From the IMG/VR virus record IMGVR_UViG_3300044970_001685: DNA of 64,000 nt, one strand, 5' to 3'. This document shows positions 44,329 through 54,511 of this stretch, piece after piece. This stretch comes from a virus. Within the stretch, counting starts at the first letter, position 1. The number at the start of each line of letters is the position of its first letter. The notes below the pieces were generated by a model. That model searched no databases and was not told the DNA's origin. It saw only the letters and a list, made by a program, of their open reading frames with translations. Position numbers and translations under genes: made by a program.

Positions 44329-47300
44329 ATGTCCCAACCATATAAGAGCGGTAGACAACAGAATCTCAATCTTGGTATTACCTCAGTTACCGAGAATCGC
44401 ACAGTCTTACAGACAATCGGTAAGGTTGGGATTGGAACAACAAACGCACAAAACCACTCTTTGTTTGTTGTTGGGTCAACAAATATTGCTGGTGACATTA
44501 ATGTAGGTGGAGCATCTACATTTGTTGGTGTTGGAACATTCAGAGATAGTCTATATGTTCAAAATCAACTTTATGTTGGTGGTGTAAGTATTACTGGTGG
44601 GGCTTCAATTGGTGAAGACATCACTACAAGAAATCTTTTAGCATCTGGTATATCAACATTCAATGGTTCAATTGATGCAAATGCTGGTCTTGATGTTGTC
44701 AATGGGACTACATTAGACAATTTAAATGTAACTGGTATTGCCACAATTCAAAACCTGAACGTTCAGAGTGGTTTTGATGTTTATGATACTCAGGCAGTAT
44801 TCCATAGCAATGTTCGTATTGATGGAAATCTGAGTATTGGTGGAACTACAACAGTTATTAGTGCTCAAGACTTAAAGATCTTTGATAAAGAAATCACTCT
44901 TGGTATCACAACTGATGCTTTTGGTAATGATGTTTCAACTGATGTAACTGCAAACCATGGCGGTATTGCGATTGCCTCCACTGAAGGTTCTCCACTTGTA
45001 GATTTAACTCTTGCAGGATTTAGTAGTTTACCAACAACTTATAAGCAGTTGATGTGGGTTGCTGCAAACTCTTATGGGTTTGGAACAACTGATGCTTGGA
45101 TGTTTAACTATGCAGTTGGTATCGGATCAACTCTGATTCCAAATGGAGTTCGTTTTGCAGTTAAGGAAATTCAGTTTACTGATAATGCAATCAGTGCTCC
45201 TAATCTGAATCTTTCAAATAATCTAAATGTTTCTGGTATTACCACTCTCGCTTCAAATGGTGGTATTACTACAACTGGTGGTGATCTCTATGTTGGTGGA
45301 GATCTTTATGTAAAGGATGATATTTTCTTTGATGAGTTTAATGCTCGTAATGCGGTCCTCTCTGGAAATCTAAGTGTTGCGGGTGTTTCCACATTCACTG
45401 GATTAATTGATTCGAATGGTGGTTTAGATGTAACAGGTCATACTGAACTTGATAATGTTAATATTTCTGGTGTTTCTACATTTGCTGGACTTATAGATGC
45501 AAATGGTGGAGCAACAATTGATAATATTAGAATCGGTATTGCAGATGATAATGAAATTGATACTTCTACTGGAAACTTAACACTTGACTCTGCTGGTGGA
45601 ACAGTTACCATTGATGACCAATTAACTGTCACTGGCACTTCTAGATTTGAAAGTAGTGTATATCTTCTTGATAGTGTTAATCTTTATATTGGTAATGGTA
45701 ATGATTTAAGACTTTATCACGATGGAGTTGATAGTTACATTATTGATCAGGGAACTGGAAACCTTAACATTTATGGTGATAATGATGTTTCTATTAAGAA
45801 CACTGCTGGAACTGAATTTAAGGCAAGATTTATTACAAACGGAGCAGTAGAACTCTACTACGACAATTCTAAGAAATTTGAAACACTTGGAGTTGGCGCT
45901 ACTGTAACTGGAACTACCTTTACAAATCAGTTAAGTGTCTCTGGTGTTTCTACATTCCAGAATGATGTAAAACTTGTTGATAATGCAGATTTATATTTCG
46001 GTGATGGAAATGATTTAAGAATTTTCCATAATGGTTTTGATAGTTTCATTCAAGATATTGGAACTGGAAATCTCTTTATTGATGCATCTAACACTTATTA
46101 TAGAGCTGGCACACACTTTATCCAAAATTCTAGTTCATCAGAAAATCTTGCAGTTTTCACTTCAAATGGTTCAGTAGCACTTTATTATGATAATGTAAAA
46201 ACATTTGAAACTTCTGGTATTGGTGCAACCGTCTATGGGACACTTAATACAACTCAACTGAATGCGACTGGAATTGTAACTGGATCTTCCTTCCGTCCAA
46301 GCACAGGATATTATCAGTCTGCAAACGGAACCAATGCATTCTATGTTTATGACGGAACTGGTAATGTAGCATTCCAAGGTACTATTGGTGTTGGTCAGAT
46401 TAATAGTGGTCAGGGATATCAGGCAATTAACTTATCTTCTGACACTAAACCAACAGTAACCTTCATTGATAATGGTATCTTTAATGGTGTAGTCACTGCT
46501 CGTCAATTTGTTGGTGATATTAGTGCTGGTGTTGCAACTATTACCAACGCCAATATTACTAATCTTAGTGGTACGAACCTTAATTATACTGGTATTGGTA
46601 CTATTGATGGAGTTACAATTTCAAGTGGTATTGTAACTTCTTCTCAACCAGGAGTAACCACAGTTAAGTATTATGGTGATGGTTCGAACCTGATTGGTGT
46701 TAATGCATTTAATGTTGTCAATCAAATTCTGAGTGCATCACCTGTTTATCCAACCTTTGCTAACAGTATTGGCGTTACTTCAATTGGTATTGCCGATACT
46801 GAGATGGGATTTATTCCTACGTCAGGAAATCTTGGTATTGGTTCAACAAATCCAACAGCAAAATTACAAGTTGTTGGTGATGTTTTAGTTTCTGGTGTTG
46901 CCACTGCAAGACAGTTTGTTGGTGATGTAAATGCTGGAATTGCAACAATTAACAAACTTGATGTAAATCAAATTTCACCTGATGGAATTGATTTTGGTGG
47001 TGCCCAATATATTCTAAGAGCAACTGGTACTGGCACTTGGGAATGGGCATCTATTCCTGGTATTTTCTCTGTTAATAATATCCTGAATGGATTTAATGTA
47101 TATGATGAAGGTAGTGTAGTAGGAACTGCTGGAAGCATTACGACTCTTGATTTCAGAGGCAATAACATCATTGCTTCTGCTGATCCTGCTCCTAATGGTA
47201 TTGCTACCGTTAGAGTTTCTGATACACCAACTTTTGATAGTCTAGTAGTCACTGGTATTACAACATTAGGAGTTACGACTTCTACTTCGTTATTTGGAAC

Positions 47301-48246
47301 TCAGGCTAGTTTTACTGGGAATGTAACTTCACCACAATTTATTGGTACTGCATCGACAGCATCATTTGCAACAACTGCATTTACATTGAATGGTATTGTT
47401 GAAAGTAGTTTGAATGTTGCATATGCTAGAAATGCTGGCATTGCCACTTATGCTTCTCTGGCAGGTATATCGACTTATAGTGAAAGTGCAGGTTATGCAA
47501 CTACTGCTGGTATTGCAACAGTTGCACAAAACCTGACAGGAAATCCAAGCATTACTGTAACGAATCTTACTGCATTAGGAAATGTAAGTATTGCAGGAAC
47601 ATTAACTTATGAAGATGTAACTAATGTTGATTCTATTGGAGTCATTACTGCTAGAAGTGATGTTAGAGTTGGTGGTAATCTATCAGTTGTTGGAATCACT
47701 ACACTTGCTTCTGCTGGTGGGATCACAACAACTGGTGGTGATCTTTATGTTGGTAATGATTTATACTTTAACGGAAGTTTTTATCAGAATGGTCAGTTAT
47801 TTACCTCTGGCATTGGTATTGGATCTACTTCTGTAAATCCTGGTTCTGGACTTATTAACCAAAGAATTGGTATTGGATTCACCGATATTAATATTGTTGG
47901 TACTGGCATTAGTGTTACTGGTTATGGCAGCACCGTTGTTATTGATTTTGGTAATATTGCTGCTGCAAGTGGTGGTGCTTTAAGTATTTCCACTGTCACA
48001 AGTCCACGTATTCAGGACGTTTCTTTTGTTGGTGGAGCATCAACTTCAATCATTGGTATTTCTACATTTACGGATCGTTTTGTTTATGATACTCAAACTG
48101 GAAGTGTTGGTATTGGAACTTCTGGATCTTCGATTCCATCATACAAACTGGATGTAAATGGAGATATAAATAGTTCAACATCAGTGAAGATTAAGGGTGT
48201 AGATGTACTTGAAGAAGCAGTCAGACTGGCAATTGCATTCGGATGA
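44329..48246 (+). CDS. long tail-fibre-like protein (1305 aa)
   Basis: VGIGT and G[IV][AS]T repeats; GNDLRLYHDG..G.GNL..ELYYDN.KKFET modules. Confidence 0.85.
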   Translation: MSQPYKSGRQQNLNLGITSVTENRTVLQTIGKVGIGTTNAQNHSLFVVGSTNIAGDINVGGASTFVGVGTFRDSLYVQNQLYVGGVSITGGASIGEDITTRNLLASGISTFNGSIDANAGLDVVNGTTLDNLNVTGIATIQNLNVQSGFDVYDTQAVFHSNVRIDGNLSIGGTTTVISAQDLKIFDKEITLGITTDAFGNDVSTDVTANHGGIAIASTEGSPLVDLTLAGFSSLPTTYKQLMWVAANSYGFGTTDAWMFNYAVGIGSTLIPNGVRFAVKEIQFTDNAISAPNLNLSNNLNVSGITTLASNGGITTTGGDLYVGGDLYVKDDIFFDEFNARNAVLSGNLSVAGVSTFTGLIDSNGGLDVTGHTELDNVNISGVSTFAGLIDANGGATIDNIRIGIADDNEIDTSTGNLTLDSAGGTVTIDDQLTVTGTSRFESSVYLLDSVNLYIGNGNDLRLYHDGVDSYIIDQGTGNLNIYGDNDVSIKNTAGTEFKARFITNGAVELYYDNSKKFETLGVGATVTGTTFTNQLSVSGVSTFQNDVKLVDNADLYFGDGNDLRIFHNGFDSFIQDIGTGNLFIDASNTYYRAGTHFIQNSSSSENLAVFTSNGSVALYYDNVKTFETSGIGATVYGTLNTTQLNATGIVTGSSFRPSTGYYQSANGTNAFYVYDGTGNVAFQGTIGVGQINSGQGYQAINLSSDTKPTVTFIDNGIFNGVVTARQFVGDISAGVATITNANITNLSGTNLNYTGIGTIDGVTISSGIVTSSQPGVTTVKYYGDGSNLIGVNAFNVVNQILSASPVYPTFANSIGVTSIGIADTEMGFIPTSGNLGIGSTNPTAKLQVVGDVLVSGVATARQFVGDVNAGIATINKLDVNQISPDGIDFGGAQYILRATGTGTWEWASIPGIFSVNNILNGFNVYDEGSVVGTAGSITTLDFRGNNIIASADPAPNGIATVRVSDTPTFDSLVVTGITTLGVTTSTSLFGTQASFTGNVTSPQFIGTASTASFATTAFTLNGIVESSLNVAYARNAGIATYASLAGISTYSESAGYATTAGIATVAQNLTGNPSITVTNLTALGNVSIAGTLTYEDVTNVDSIGVITARSDVRVGGNLSVVGITTLASAGGITTTGGDLYVGNDLYFNGSFYQNGQLFTSGIGIGSTSVNPGSGLINQRIGIGFTDINIVGTGISVTGYGSTVVIDFGNIAAASGGALSISTVTSPRIQDVSFVGGASTSIIGISTFTDRFVYDTQTGSVGIGTSGSSIPSYKLDVNGDINSSTSVKIKGVDVLEEAVRLAIAFG

Positions 48247-48251
48247 TATAA

Positions 48252-48578
48252 ATGGCTAATACTTTTAAACTTAAAACAAAAGCAAATGTAGGAGTTGCAA
48301 CGGTTGCTGTCTATACCGTTCCCGCAGCAACTACAACCACTGTGATTGGTATCACTCTTGCCAATATTTCTGGTTCTGGTATCAATGTTGGTGTTGGTGT
48401 GAGTAGAGTTGGTGCAGATAGTATCAAACTTTTGAAAAATGCACCTGTTCCTCAGGGATCAACTTTGGAATTTATGCAAGGAAATAAGATTATATTAGAA
48501 GCAACTGATACGCTCACAGTACAAAGTGATACAAATAGTAGTTTAGATGTAAGTGTCAATATCTTGGAGATGACATAA
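48252..48578 (+). CDS. small tail-associated protein
   Basis: VYTVP..TTVIG..NKIILEATD..ILEMT. Confidence 0.75.
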   Translation: MANTFKLKTKANVGVATVAVYTVPAATTTTVIGITLANISGSGINVGVGVSRVGADSIKLLKNAPVPQGSTLEFMQGNKIILEATDTLTVQSDTNSSLDVSVNILEMT

Positions 48579-48579
48579 A

Positions 48580-49047
48580 ATGCCACTTACCAGGGTACAA
48601 TCTGGAATAATTACAAGTACATTAAATTTTGCTGCTACAAGTCTGAATGCGACAGGAATTGGTACTATTGGTATTGCTTCTGCCACAAGTATTAATGCGA
48701 CAGGTGTTGTAACGGCATCCTCATTTGTTGGTAATGTATCTGCTACAAGTATTAATGCAACAGGCGTTGTAACGGCATCCTCATTTGTTGGTGATGGATC
48801 TCAACTTACGGGTGTAAGTGGATTTGCAACAGCACTTTCTCCAATTCAATCATCACCACTTTTTCAAGTTTTTAAAACTTCAAAAGAACTTAGAATTGGT
48901 GCAGGAACTTCTGTGAGTATTGAAGTTGGATCTGATGAAGGTAATGTTGCATTCACCAGAGCGGGTGATATTGTTGTTGCCTCTGGTGCGACTTTTAGAA
49001 TCGCGTCGGGAACTACTTTACAAACTAATGTTCTTGGACTCTTTTAG
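48580..49047 (+). CDS. short fibre-like protein
   Basis: TASSFVGDGSQLTG motif. Confidence 0.7.
   Translation: MPLTRVQSGIITSTLNFAATSLNATGIGTIGIASATSINATGVVTASSFVGNVSATSINATGVVTASSFVGDGSQLTGVSGFATALSPIQSSPLFQVFKTSKELRIGAGTSVSIEVGSDEGNVAFTRAGDIVVASGATFRIASGTTLQTNVLGLF
48679..48796 (+). repeat. 60-bp tandem duplication
   Basis: SATSINATGVVTASSFVG twice; four mismatches in 58 aligned nt. Confidence 0.9.
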
Positions 49048-49055
49048 GTAGAACT

Positions 49056-49397
49056 ATGGCACTTTCAAGAATTACAAAAGTTGGTGGTAACTCTCTTGAA
49101 GATCCGTTGAACTTTGCAGGCGGTATTCAAGGAACCGAAGCGACTTTTAGTGGTATTGTTACCGCTGCATCATTTGTTGGTTCTGGTGCAGGACTGACTG
49201 GAATCACGGGAGGTGCTTCACAGGTTTATGACAGCACCGTATTTGCTTATCAGAATGTTGTAGAATCTAATATTACTGTTGCGCTACCTTATAAGACAGC
49301 AACGATTTATACTGATCCAGATGTGACTGTTGATATTGAGTCTGGTGTCCAGTTAAGTATTGATAATGGTTGTGTTCTGAATATTATAGACATATGA
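49056..49397 (+). CDS. short fibre-like protein
   Basis: TAASFVGSGAGLTG; C-domain duplicated in next ORF. Confidence 0.7.
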   Translation: MALSRITKVGGNSLEDPLNFAGGIQGTEATFSGIVTAASFVGSGAGLTGITGGASQVYDSTVFAYQNVVESNITVALPYKTATIYTDPDVTVDIESGVQLSIDNGCVLNIIDI

Positions 49398-49591
49398 CAC
49401 TTCCGATTTATTTTACTGATAATACTTATAGAACCGTACAAAAGAATGTGGTAGAAACTAATATCACATTAGAATTGCCTTATAAGACTGGTTTTATTCA
49501 GGCAGACTCTGAAAATAATACCGTTGACATTGAACCTGGTATTGAGTTAAGTATTAATGATGGTTGTATTTTAATCATAACAGAAAACTAA
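49394..49591 (+). CDS. stand-alone copy of preceding C-terminal domain
   Basis: NVVETNITLELPYKT vs NVVESNITVALPYKT; ATGA coupling. Confidence 0.7.
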   Translation: MTLPIYFTDNTYRTVQKNVVETNITLELPYKTGFIQADSENNTVDIEPGIELSINDGCILIITEN

Positions 49592-49618
49592 TCTAAATAA
49601 CTAAAAAGTAAGTTCAAG

Positions 49619-50503
49619 ATGTCAACATTAAGAGTAGACAATATTAAATCAAGAACTGGAAGTACAGTTACGATTCCAGAATCTAATACTCTTGCAGTGA
49701 CTGGTATTGCTTCTATTTCTGGAAATACTAATGTTTCTGGATCTTTGAATGTTACTGGTGCTCTGAATGTAACTGGAAGTGGAACTGTTAATACCAGTGG
49801 TATTATGACCTGTGGTGGTCTTACTGTTAATGGCAATATGACAGTAGATGGGACCACTACCACTATTAGTTCTGTAAATCTGGTTGTAGAAGATAAGAAT
49901 ATTGGTATTGGAACTACTACTTCACCATCAAATACCACAGCAGATGGTGGTGGTATTACAATCTTTGGTGGTTCTGATGGAGATAAGACTTTAACTTGGA
50001 ATAGCAACTCTGATGCATTTGCTTTCAGCAATGGTGTTGACATTAGAGGTGCTGTTGAAACTGTAAGCACGGCATCAACTTATGCAATCAGTGGATCAAC
50101 AAATGTTATCTTAGAGTGTGATGCTCATAACGGAACGGTATTTACTCATAGTCTTGCAAATGGGCAGGTTGGTATTGTTTCACTCAGAGACTTCGCAGTT
50201 ACAAAGAACTCTCTGACGACTTATACTATTATCTTTACTCAAAATGCAACTGGAACTGGAAACACGACAGGATCCACTGGTATTGGAACAAATATTTTCT
50301 TAAAACCTTATAATGTTGCTGGATTCTCAACTTCGGCAAGAGTTTCTAGTGGAAGCACTGTAACTATTTCATCAACTGCAAATGATGTTGATATTGTCAG
50401 TCTTGCAGTTCATTATAATGGTGGGTCAACAGGAACTGTTGGAAACTATATTGTATATGCTACTGACAATGGCAACTTCAGATACGGTGGTGTAAGACCA
50501 TAA
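49619..50503 (+). CDS. fibre protein
   Basis: MSTLRVDNI start, VEDKNIGIG..TADGGGI; late promoter CTAAATA 49593. Confidence 0.8.
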   Translation: MSTLRVDNIKSRTGSTVTIPESNTLAVTGIASISGNTNVSGSLNVTGALNVTGSGTVNTSGIMTCGGLTVNGNMTVDGTTTTISSVNLVVEDKNIGIGTTTSPSNTTADGGGITIFGGSDGDKTLTWNSNSDAFAFSNGVDIRGAVETVSTASTYAISGSTNVILECDAHNGTVFTHSLANGQVGIVSLRDFAVTKNSLTTYTIIFTQNATGTGNTTGSTGIGTNIFLKPYNVAGFSTSARVSSGSTVTISSTANDVDIVSLAVHYNGGSTGTVGNYIVYATDNGNFRYGGVRP

Positions 50504-50518
50504 TAGGAGGACTGGATC

Positions 50519-51598
50519 ATGTTTGAATGGCATAAGAAAGAAAAACCAGTCTTTACTGGTATTGCAAGAGGTGTTGGTGGATTTGGGTTTGGTGGAGCTG
50601 CTGCTGCAGTAGGTATTTCTGCTCCTTCTGTATTTTCTGCGTCAGGTGGAACAAATACTATAGCAGGGATAACTCCGGGAAATGGTTATAGATATCATGT
50701 TTTTCTTTCACCAGGAAATTTTGTTGTAGATGGAGGATCTAAAAATATTGATGTTTTAATTGTTGCTGGTGGTGGTGGTGCTGCTAATCCACTTGCTGCT
50801 GGTGGTGGTGCAGGAGGTATTGTTAGGCATAGTTCATATGTAGTGACAGCAGGAACATATCCTATTGGAGTAGGAAATTCTGGACAGGGTGCTGCTCAAA
50901 CTACTCCTGCTGGTGGTCCAACAGGAAGAAAGGGATCACCTTCTACTGCTTTTGGAATGGTTGCAGATGGTGGAGGTGGTGGTGGTCCGTATGATGGTGT
51001 CGTGCCAAATATGCCGGAACATTCTGGTGGATCTGGTGGTGGAGGCAGAACATATACCGGAGAACCAACATACACCCCAGGATTTATAGGAGGAACAGGA
51101 ACACAACCAACGCTCAATGTTCCATTTACACCAAGTCCATTCTTTTCTCAATACGGAAATCCTGGTGGTACCGGTGGATCTGATCCAAAAGGTGCTGGTG
51201 GCGGTGGTGCTGGATCTGCTGGCAGTCCAGCTGCTGGGCAATCTGGGAATGGACCTGGTGGAGCAGGACAACCATTTCCAGCATTTGCTGCTCCATTAAT
51301 TTCTCCAGAAATTCCTGTTCCTGTGCAACCACTTTGGATTCCTGCTGTTGGGCCAACTGGTCTGTATGGCGGTGGTGGTGGTGGAGGAGGAAGAAACGAG
51401 ACCGACCCAAATGGAGGTATTGGAGGACCTGGAGGCGGTGGAAATGGATCTCCTTCTCCTGTAAATATAAATGGATGTGGAACACCTGGAATTAAATATA
51501 CCGGAGGAGGTGGAGGATCTGGATCTTATACTGGTTGTGGAAATGTGCCAGCAGCATCAGGTGGAGATGGTATAGTTATTATTAGATATCAAATTTGA
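50519..51598 (+). CDS. Gly/Pro-rich (polyglycine) putative fibre-tip adhesin
   Basis: VLIVAGGGG, AGGGGAGG, GGSGGG, GGDGIVIIRY. Confidence 0.8.
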   Translation: MFEWHKKEKPVFTGIARGVGGFGFGGAAAAVGISAPSVFSASGGTNTIAGITPGNGYRYHVFLSPGNFVVDGGSKNIDVLIVAGGGGAANPLAAGGGAGGIVRHSSYVVTAGTYPIGVGNSGQGAAQTTPAGGPTGRKGSPSTAFGMVADGGGGGGPYDGVVPNMPEHSGGSGGGGRTYTGEPTYTPGFIGGTGTQPTLNVPFTPSPFFSQYGNPGGTGGSDPKGAGGGGAGSAGSPAAGQSGNGPGGAGQPFPAFAAPLISPEIPVPVQPLWIPAVGPTGLYGGGGGGGGRNETDPNGGIGGPGGGGNGSPSPVNINGCGTPGIKYTGGGGGSGSYTGCGNVPAASGGDGIVIIRYQI

Positions 51599-51623
51599 CA
51601 CTTTCCATAATCTCATATATAAT
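51595..51623 (+). promoter_or_regulatory. consensus sigma70 promoter for the oxygenase block
   Basis: TTGACA 51595-51600, 17 bp, TATAAT 51618-51623. Confidence 0.85.
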
Positions 51624-51646
51624 GAAAATGAATACATTATTCAAAT

Positions 51647-52267
51647 ATGGCATTTCAATCAATTTGGTATTTTTCTGATCTACCAGAAGATGTAGTAGAT
51701 CTCATCGAACGAGACCTTTCAGAAAAGTTCGAAGAGCAAATGGCAGACTCCCGACTTCATGGAGATGCCCTAAACAAAGATAAACGAAACTCACAAAACG
51801 CTTGGATTCCAACCACACATTGGGTTGGTGGATTTGTATGGCACTATATTGAACGCGCAAACCGCGAGAACTTCCTCTATGACCTTCGTTGTATTGATGG
51901 TGAATCAATGCAGTTTACGAAGTATAGTGAAGGGCAATTCTATGGTTGGCATAATGACGCAGGACTTGCAACTCAATACAAACCAGTAAGCGTCGGTAAT
52001 CGTCAAGATGGACTGGCACAAGATTTCTTGAATGAGAATATTGAACTTGTGCGTAAACTTTCATTTGTGGTTCAACTGTCAGACCCCGATGATTATGAAG
52101 GTGGAAACTTGCAACTGCTTGATGAGTCAGGTAATAGTTATATTGCTCCTCGTAAGCGTGGCACTGTCATTCTATTTGATTCTCGCACACAACATAGAGT
52201 TCTAAAAGTTACAAAAGGAACCCGTAAATCCCTTGTTGGATGGACGGTTGGACCCCGCTGGAAGTGA
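51647..52267 (+). CDS. 2OG-Fe(II) oxygenase (prolyl-4-hydroxylase-like)
   Basis: WHND, RKLS, YEGG, HRV, R.SLVGW. Confidence 0.92.
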   Translation: MAFQSIWYFSDLPEDVVDLIERDLSEKFEEQMADSRLHGDALNKDKRNSQNAWIPTTHWVGGFVWHYIERANRENFLYDLRCIDGESMQFTKYSEGQFYGWHNDAGLATQYKPVSVGNRQDGLAQDFLNENIELVRKLSFVVQLSDPDDYEGGNLQLLDESGNSYIAPRKRGTVILFDSRTQHRVLKVTKGTRKSLVGWTVGPRWK

Positions 52268-52275
52268 GGTAAATT

Positions 52276-52998
52276 ATGGCAGAACAAATGAGCGAACTAG
52301 ATCTAATGATGCAGGAACGTAGAAATACGGGAACTGCTTGGACTCGTAATGAGTCTTTTGAGAAGAATGGATATTTAGTGATTAAAAATTTATGGGATCA
52401 AGAAGAACTTTATCACCCCGTACCAGAAGAGCGTGGACAGATGAACTGGTGGGGTAAAAAGATGGACCAGTTTACCTATACACCAGTAGAGCAACAGGTT
52501 GAAGGTTCACTTGCACGTTATTGGCATCCACAATACCGTCAGATTCACTGTGGTGTTCGTATGAAACTTGAAGAAGCACTGGGTCGAAAACTTTATAATA
52601 CTTATTATTATGATAGATACTACTTCCCAGGGCAGGAACTTACCCGTCACGCAGACCGTGATGCTTGTGAGATTTCTGTGACGGTTCATATCAGTACCAA
52701 CCTGGAAGGAAAGGATGCTGATTGGCCCATCTGGATCAAAACTCCTGATACTTATGCAGATAAGAAGAGGACACAAGTATTAGTTCCTGGTGAAAATCGT
52801 TCTGTAATTCTCAAAGCAGGTGATGGGATGGTTTATAAAGGTTGTGAACGCCCACATTGGAGAGACCCAATGCCTGGTGCAAAGAAGAGTAAGAAACTGT
52901 TTGGTAAGAGTGCTGACCTTTATTATCATCAAATCTTCTTCCATTATGTCCTACAAGATGGACAACGTGCTCACTGTGCTTGGGATAGGGCACGATGA
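52276..52998 (+). CDS. 2OG-Fe(II) oxygenase
   Basis: HADRDACEIS, GDGMVYKG, HWR, QIFFHY. Confidence 0.85.
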   Translation: MAEQMSELDLMMQERRNTGTAWTRNESFEKNGYLVIKNLWDQEELYHPVPEERGQMNWWGKKMDQFTYTPVEQQVEGSLARYWHPQYRQIHCGVRMKLEEALGRKLYNTYYYDRYYFPGQELTRHADRDACEISVTVHISTNLEGKDADWPIWIKTPDTYADKKRTQVLVPGENRSVILKAGDGMVYKGCERPHWRDPMPGAKKSKKLFGKSADLYYHQIFFHYVLQDGQRAHCAWDRAR

Positions 52999-53660
52999 AT
53001 TTTAAAAGGTTTGTAAGTGCTTCACCTCAAACCCCCTATGCTCCAACTTGGGATTTTAGAGTTGGAACTTCTTTATGTGAAAATATTGATACTAACTCTC
53101 TTTCCCAGTTCTTATTAAGTAAAGAAAAAGAAGTAAAAAAACTACCAATATCTACCAGTTATATTGGTAAAAATGTTGATGGATACACTGGATTAGGAAA
53201 AAATAGTACAACATCTAAATTTCAATATTATAATATTCTTACTTGGAATCATCCTGAAATAAAAAAATTAAAACAACAAATTGTTAAAAATTTAATAATT
53301 TATAATAATGAGTGTGGAAATCAAACTCCAAATGAGTTATGGGTTCAATGTTGGTATAATGTATTGAGATTTGGTCAAAAAATTAAACCGCATTCGCATT
53401 CAACCAGCAGTGTTTCCTATTTAAGTGGTCACTTTAATCTTCAAGTAGAAAATACTTCAACTGTTTATATGTCACCAATCAATCAAATAAATGATCCAGA
53501 AATCATTGAGATTAAAAATAAAAATGGAGATATGACTTTGTTTCCATCATATATTTTTCATTATACAACCCCACACTATTCACTTAAACCAAGAATAACA
53601 ATCGCATTTGATATTTGTCCATATAACCATGCACTATATAATAATGCTATACGATTATGA
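52995..53660 (+). CDS. putative 2OG-Fe(II) oxygenase (TIGR02466-like)
   Basis: WYN, PHSH, LSG, LFPSYIFH, RITIAFD. Confidence 0.85.
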   Translation: MNFKRFVSASPQTPYAPTWDFRVGTSLCENIDTNSLSQFLLSKEKEVKKLPISTSYIGKNVDGYTGLGKNSTTSKFQYYNILTWNHPEIKKLKQQIVKNLIIYNNECGNQTPNELWVQCWYNVLRFGQKIKPHSHSTSSVSYLSGHFNLQVENTSTVYMSPINQINDPEIIEIKNKNGDMTLFPSYIFHYTTPHYSLKPRITIAFDICPYNHALYNNAIRL

Positions 53661-54211
53661 AAACTCAACTTTTTGAATACCCTTCTTATCAGTATCAGAT
53701 TGATGATTGGGATTTTAAAAAGAAGGGACTTCTCAATCGTATCAACTCTCAAAAGTTTGTAAGAACTACACTGCAAACTTTTGAGACTGATCGTCAAACA
53801 AATCGCAAAAATTATATTCATTACTTCCAAGACCTCATCAAACCTCAACTGTTTGAATTCTGTCAGGAAGCACAAGTCACTTGTAGTATGACTGATGCCT
53901 GGTCTGTGAGATATAAACAAGGAGACCACCAGACGATTCACAACCATCGCAGTTGGGGATTCTCTGGTGTTCTTTATGTTGAGTTTGATTCAAAGCATCA
54001 TACTCCTACTTGTTTTGTTGCTCCCTGGCAAGACCCAAGAACTGATACAACAACTCTGGCATATCCTCAAGATGTCAAAGAGGGAACATTAGTCATCGTT
54101 CCTTCTTATACATTACACTTTGTTCATCCTAATCAATCAAGAAAGCAGAGAACAATTATTGCTTTTGATTTACTTCCTAAACTTCCAGATCATCAAGCAA
54201 TAAATACTTAA
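53657..54211 (+). CDS. putative 2OG-Fe(II) oxygenase (TIGR02466-like)
   Basis: HNH, SGVLY, EG..PSY.LH, RTIIAFD. Confidence 0.85.
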   Translation: MKTQLFEYPSYQYQIDDWDFKKKGLLNRINSQKFVRTTLQTFETDRQTNRKNYIHYFQDLIKPQLFEFCQEAQVTCSMTDAWSVRYKQGDHQTIHNHRSWGFSGVLYVEFDSKHHTPTCFVAPWQDPRTDTTTLAYPQDVKEGTLVIVPSYTLHFVHPNQSRKQRTIIAFDLLPKLPDHQAINT

Positions 54212-54224
54212 AAAAGTATTTAAA

Positions 54225-54479
54225 ATGTCTTACTTTATTAAGAAAGTACAAACTATTCAAAGACAAACTAAATCAATTTATTATCAGGGAAATTATAATT
54301 GGTCAACTAATTTTGATGATCGTAAATTATACGCTTCTCAGGAAGAAGCAACCACTGAACTTTATGCGTTTGGTGGTTTTGTTGTAAATAATGATGGATA
54401 TAATCCAAACGCGATAGACGGTGATGGTGATGGAATTGTTCAGGAAGGAACTGAGTTTGAAAGACCAACAGGTACTTGA
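54225..54479 (+). CDS. small late protein with DGDGDG Ca-binding-like motif
   Basis: late promoter AATAAATA 54199; NAIDGDGDGIVQEGT. Confidence 0.7.
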   Translation: MSYFIKKVQTIQRQTKSIYYQGNYNWSTNFDDRKLYASQEEATTELYAFGGFVVNNDGYNPNAIDGDGDGIVQEGTEFERPTGT

Positions 54480-54511
54480 TAAGCATAAATAACTGAAAAG
54501 TATAACTCAAA

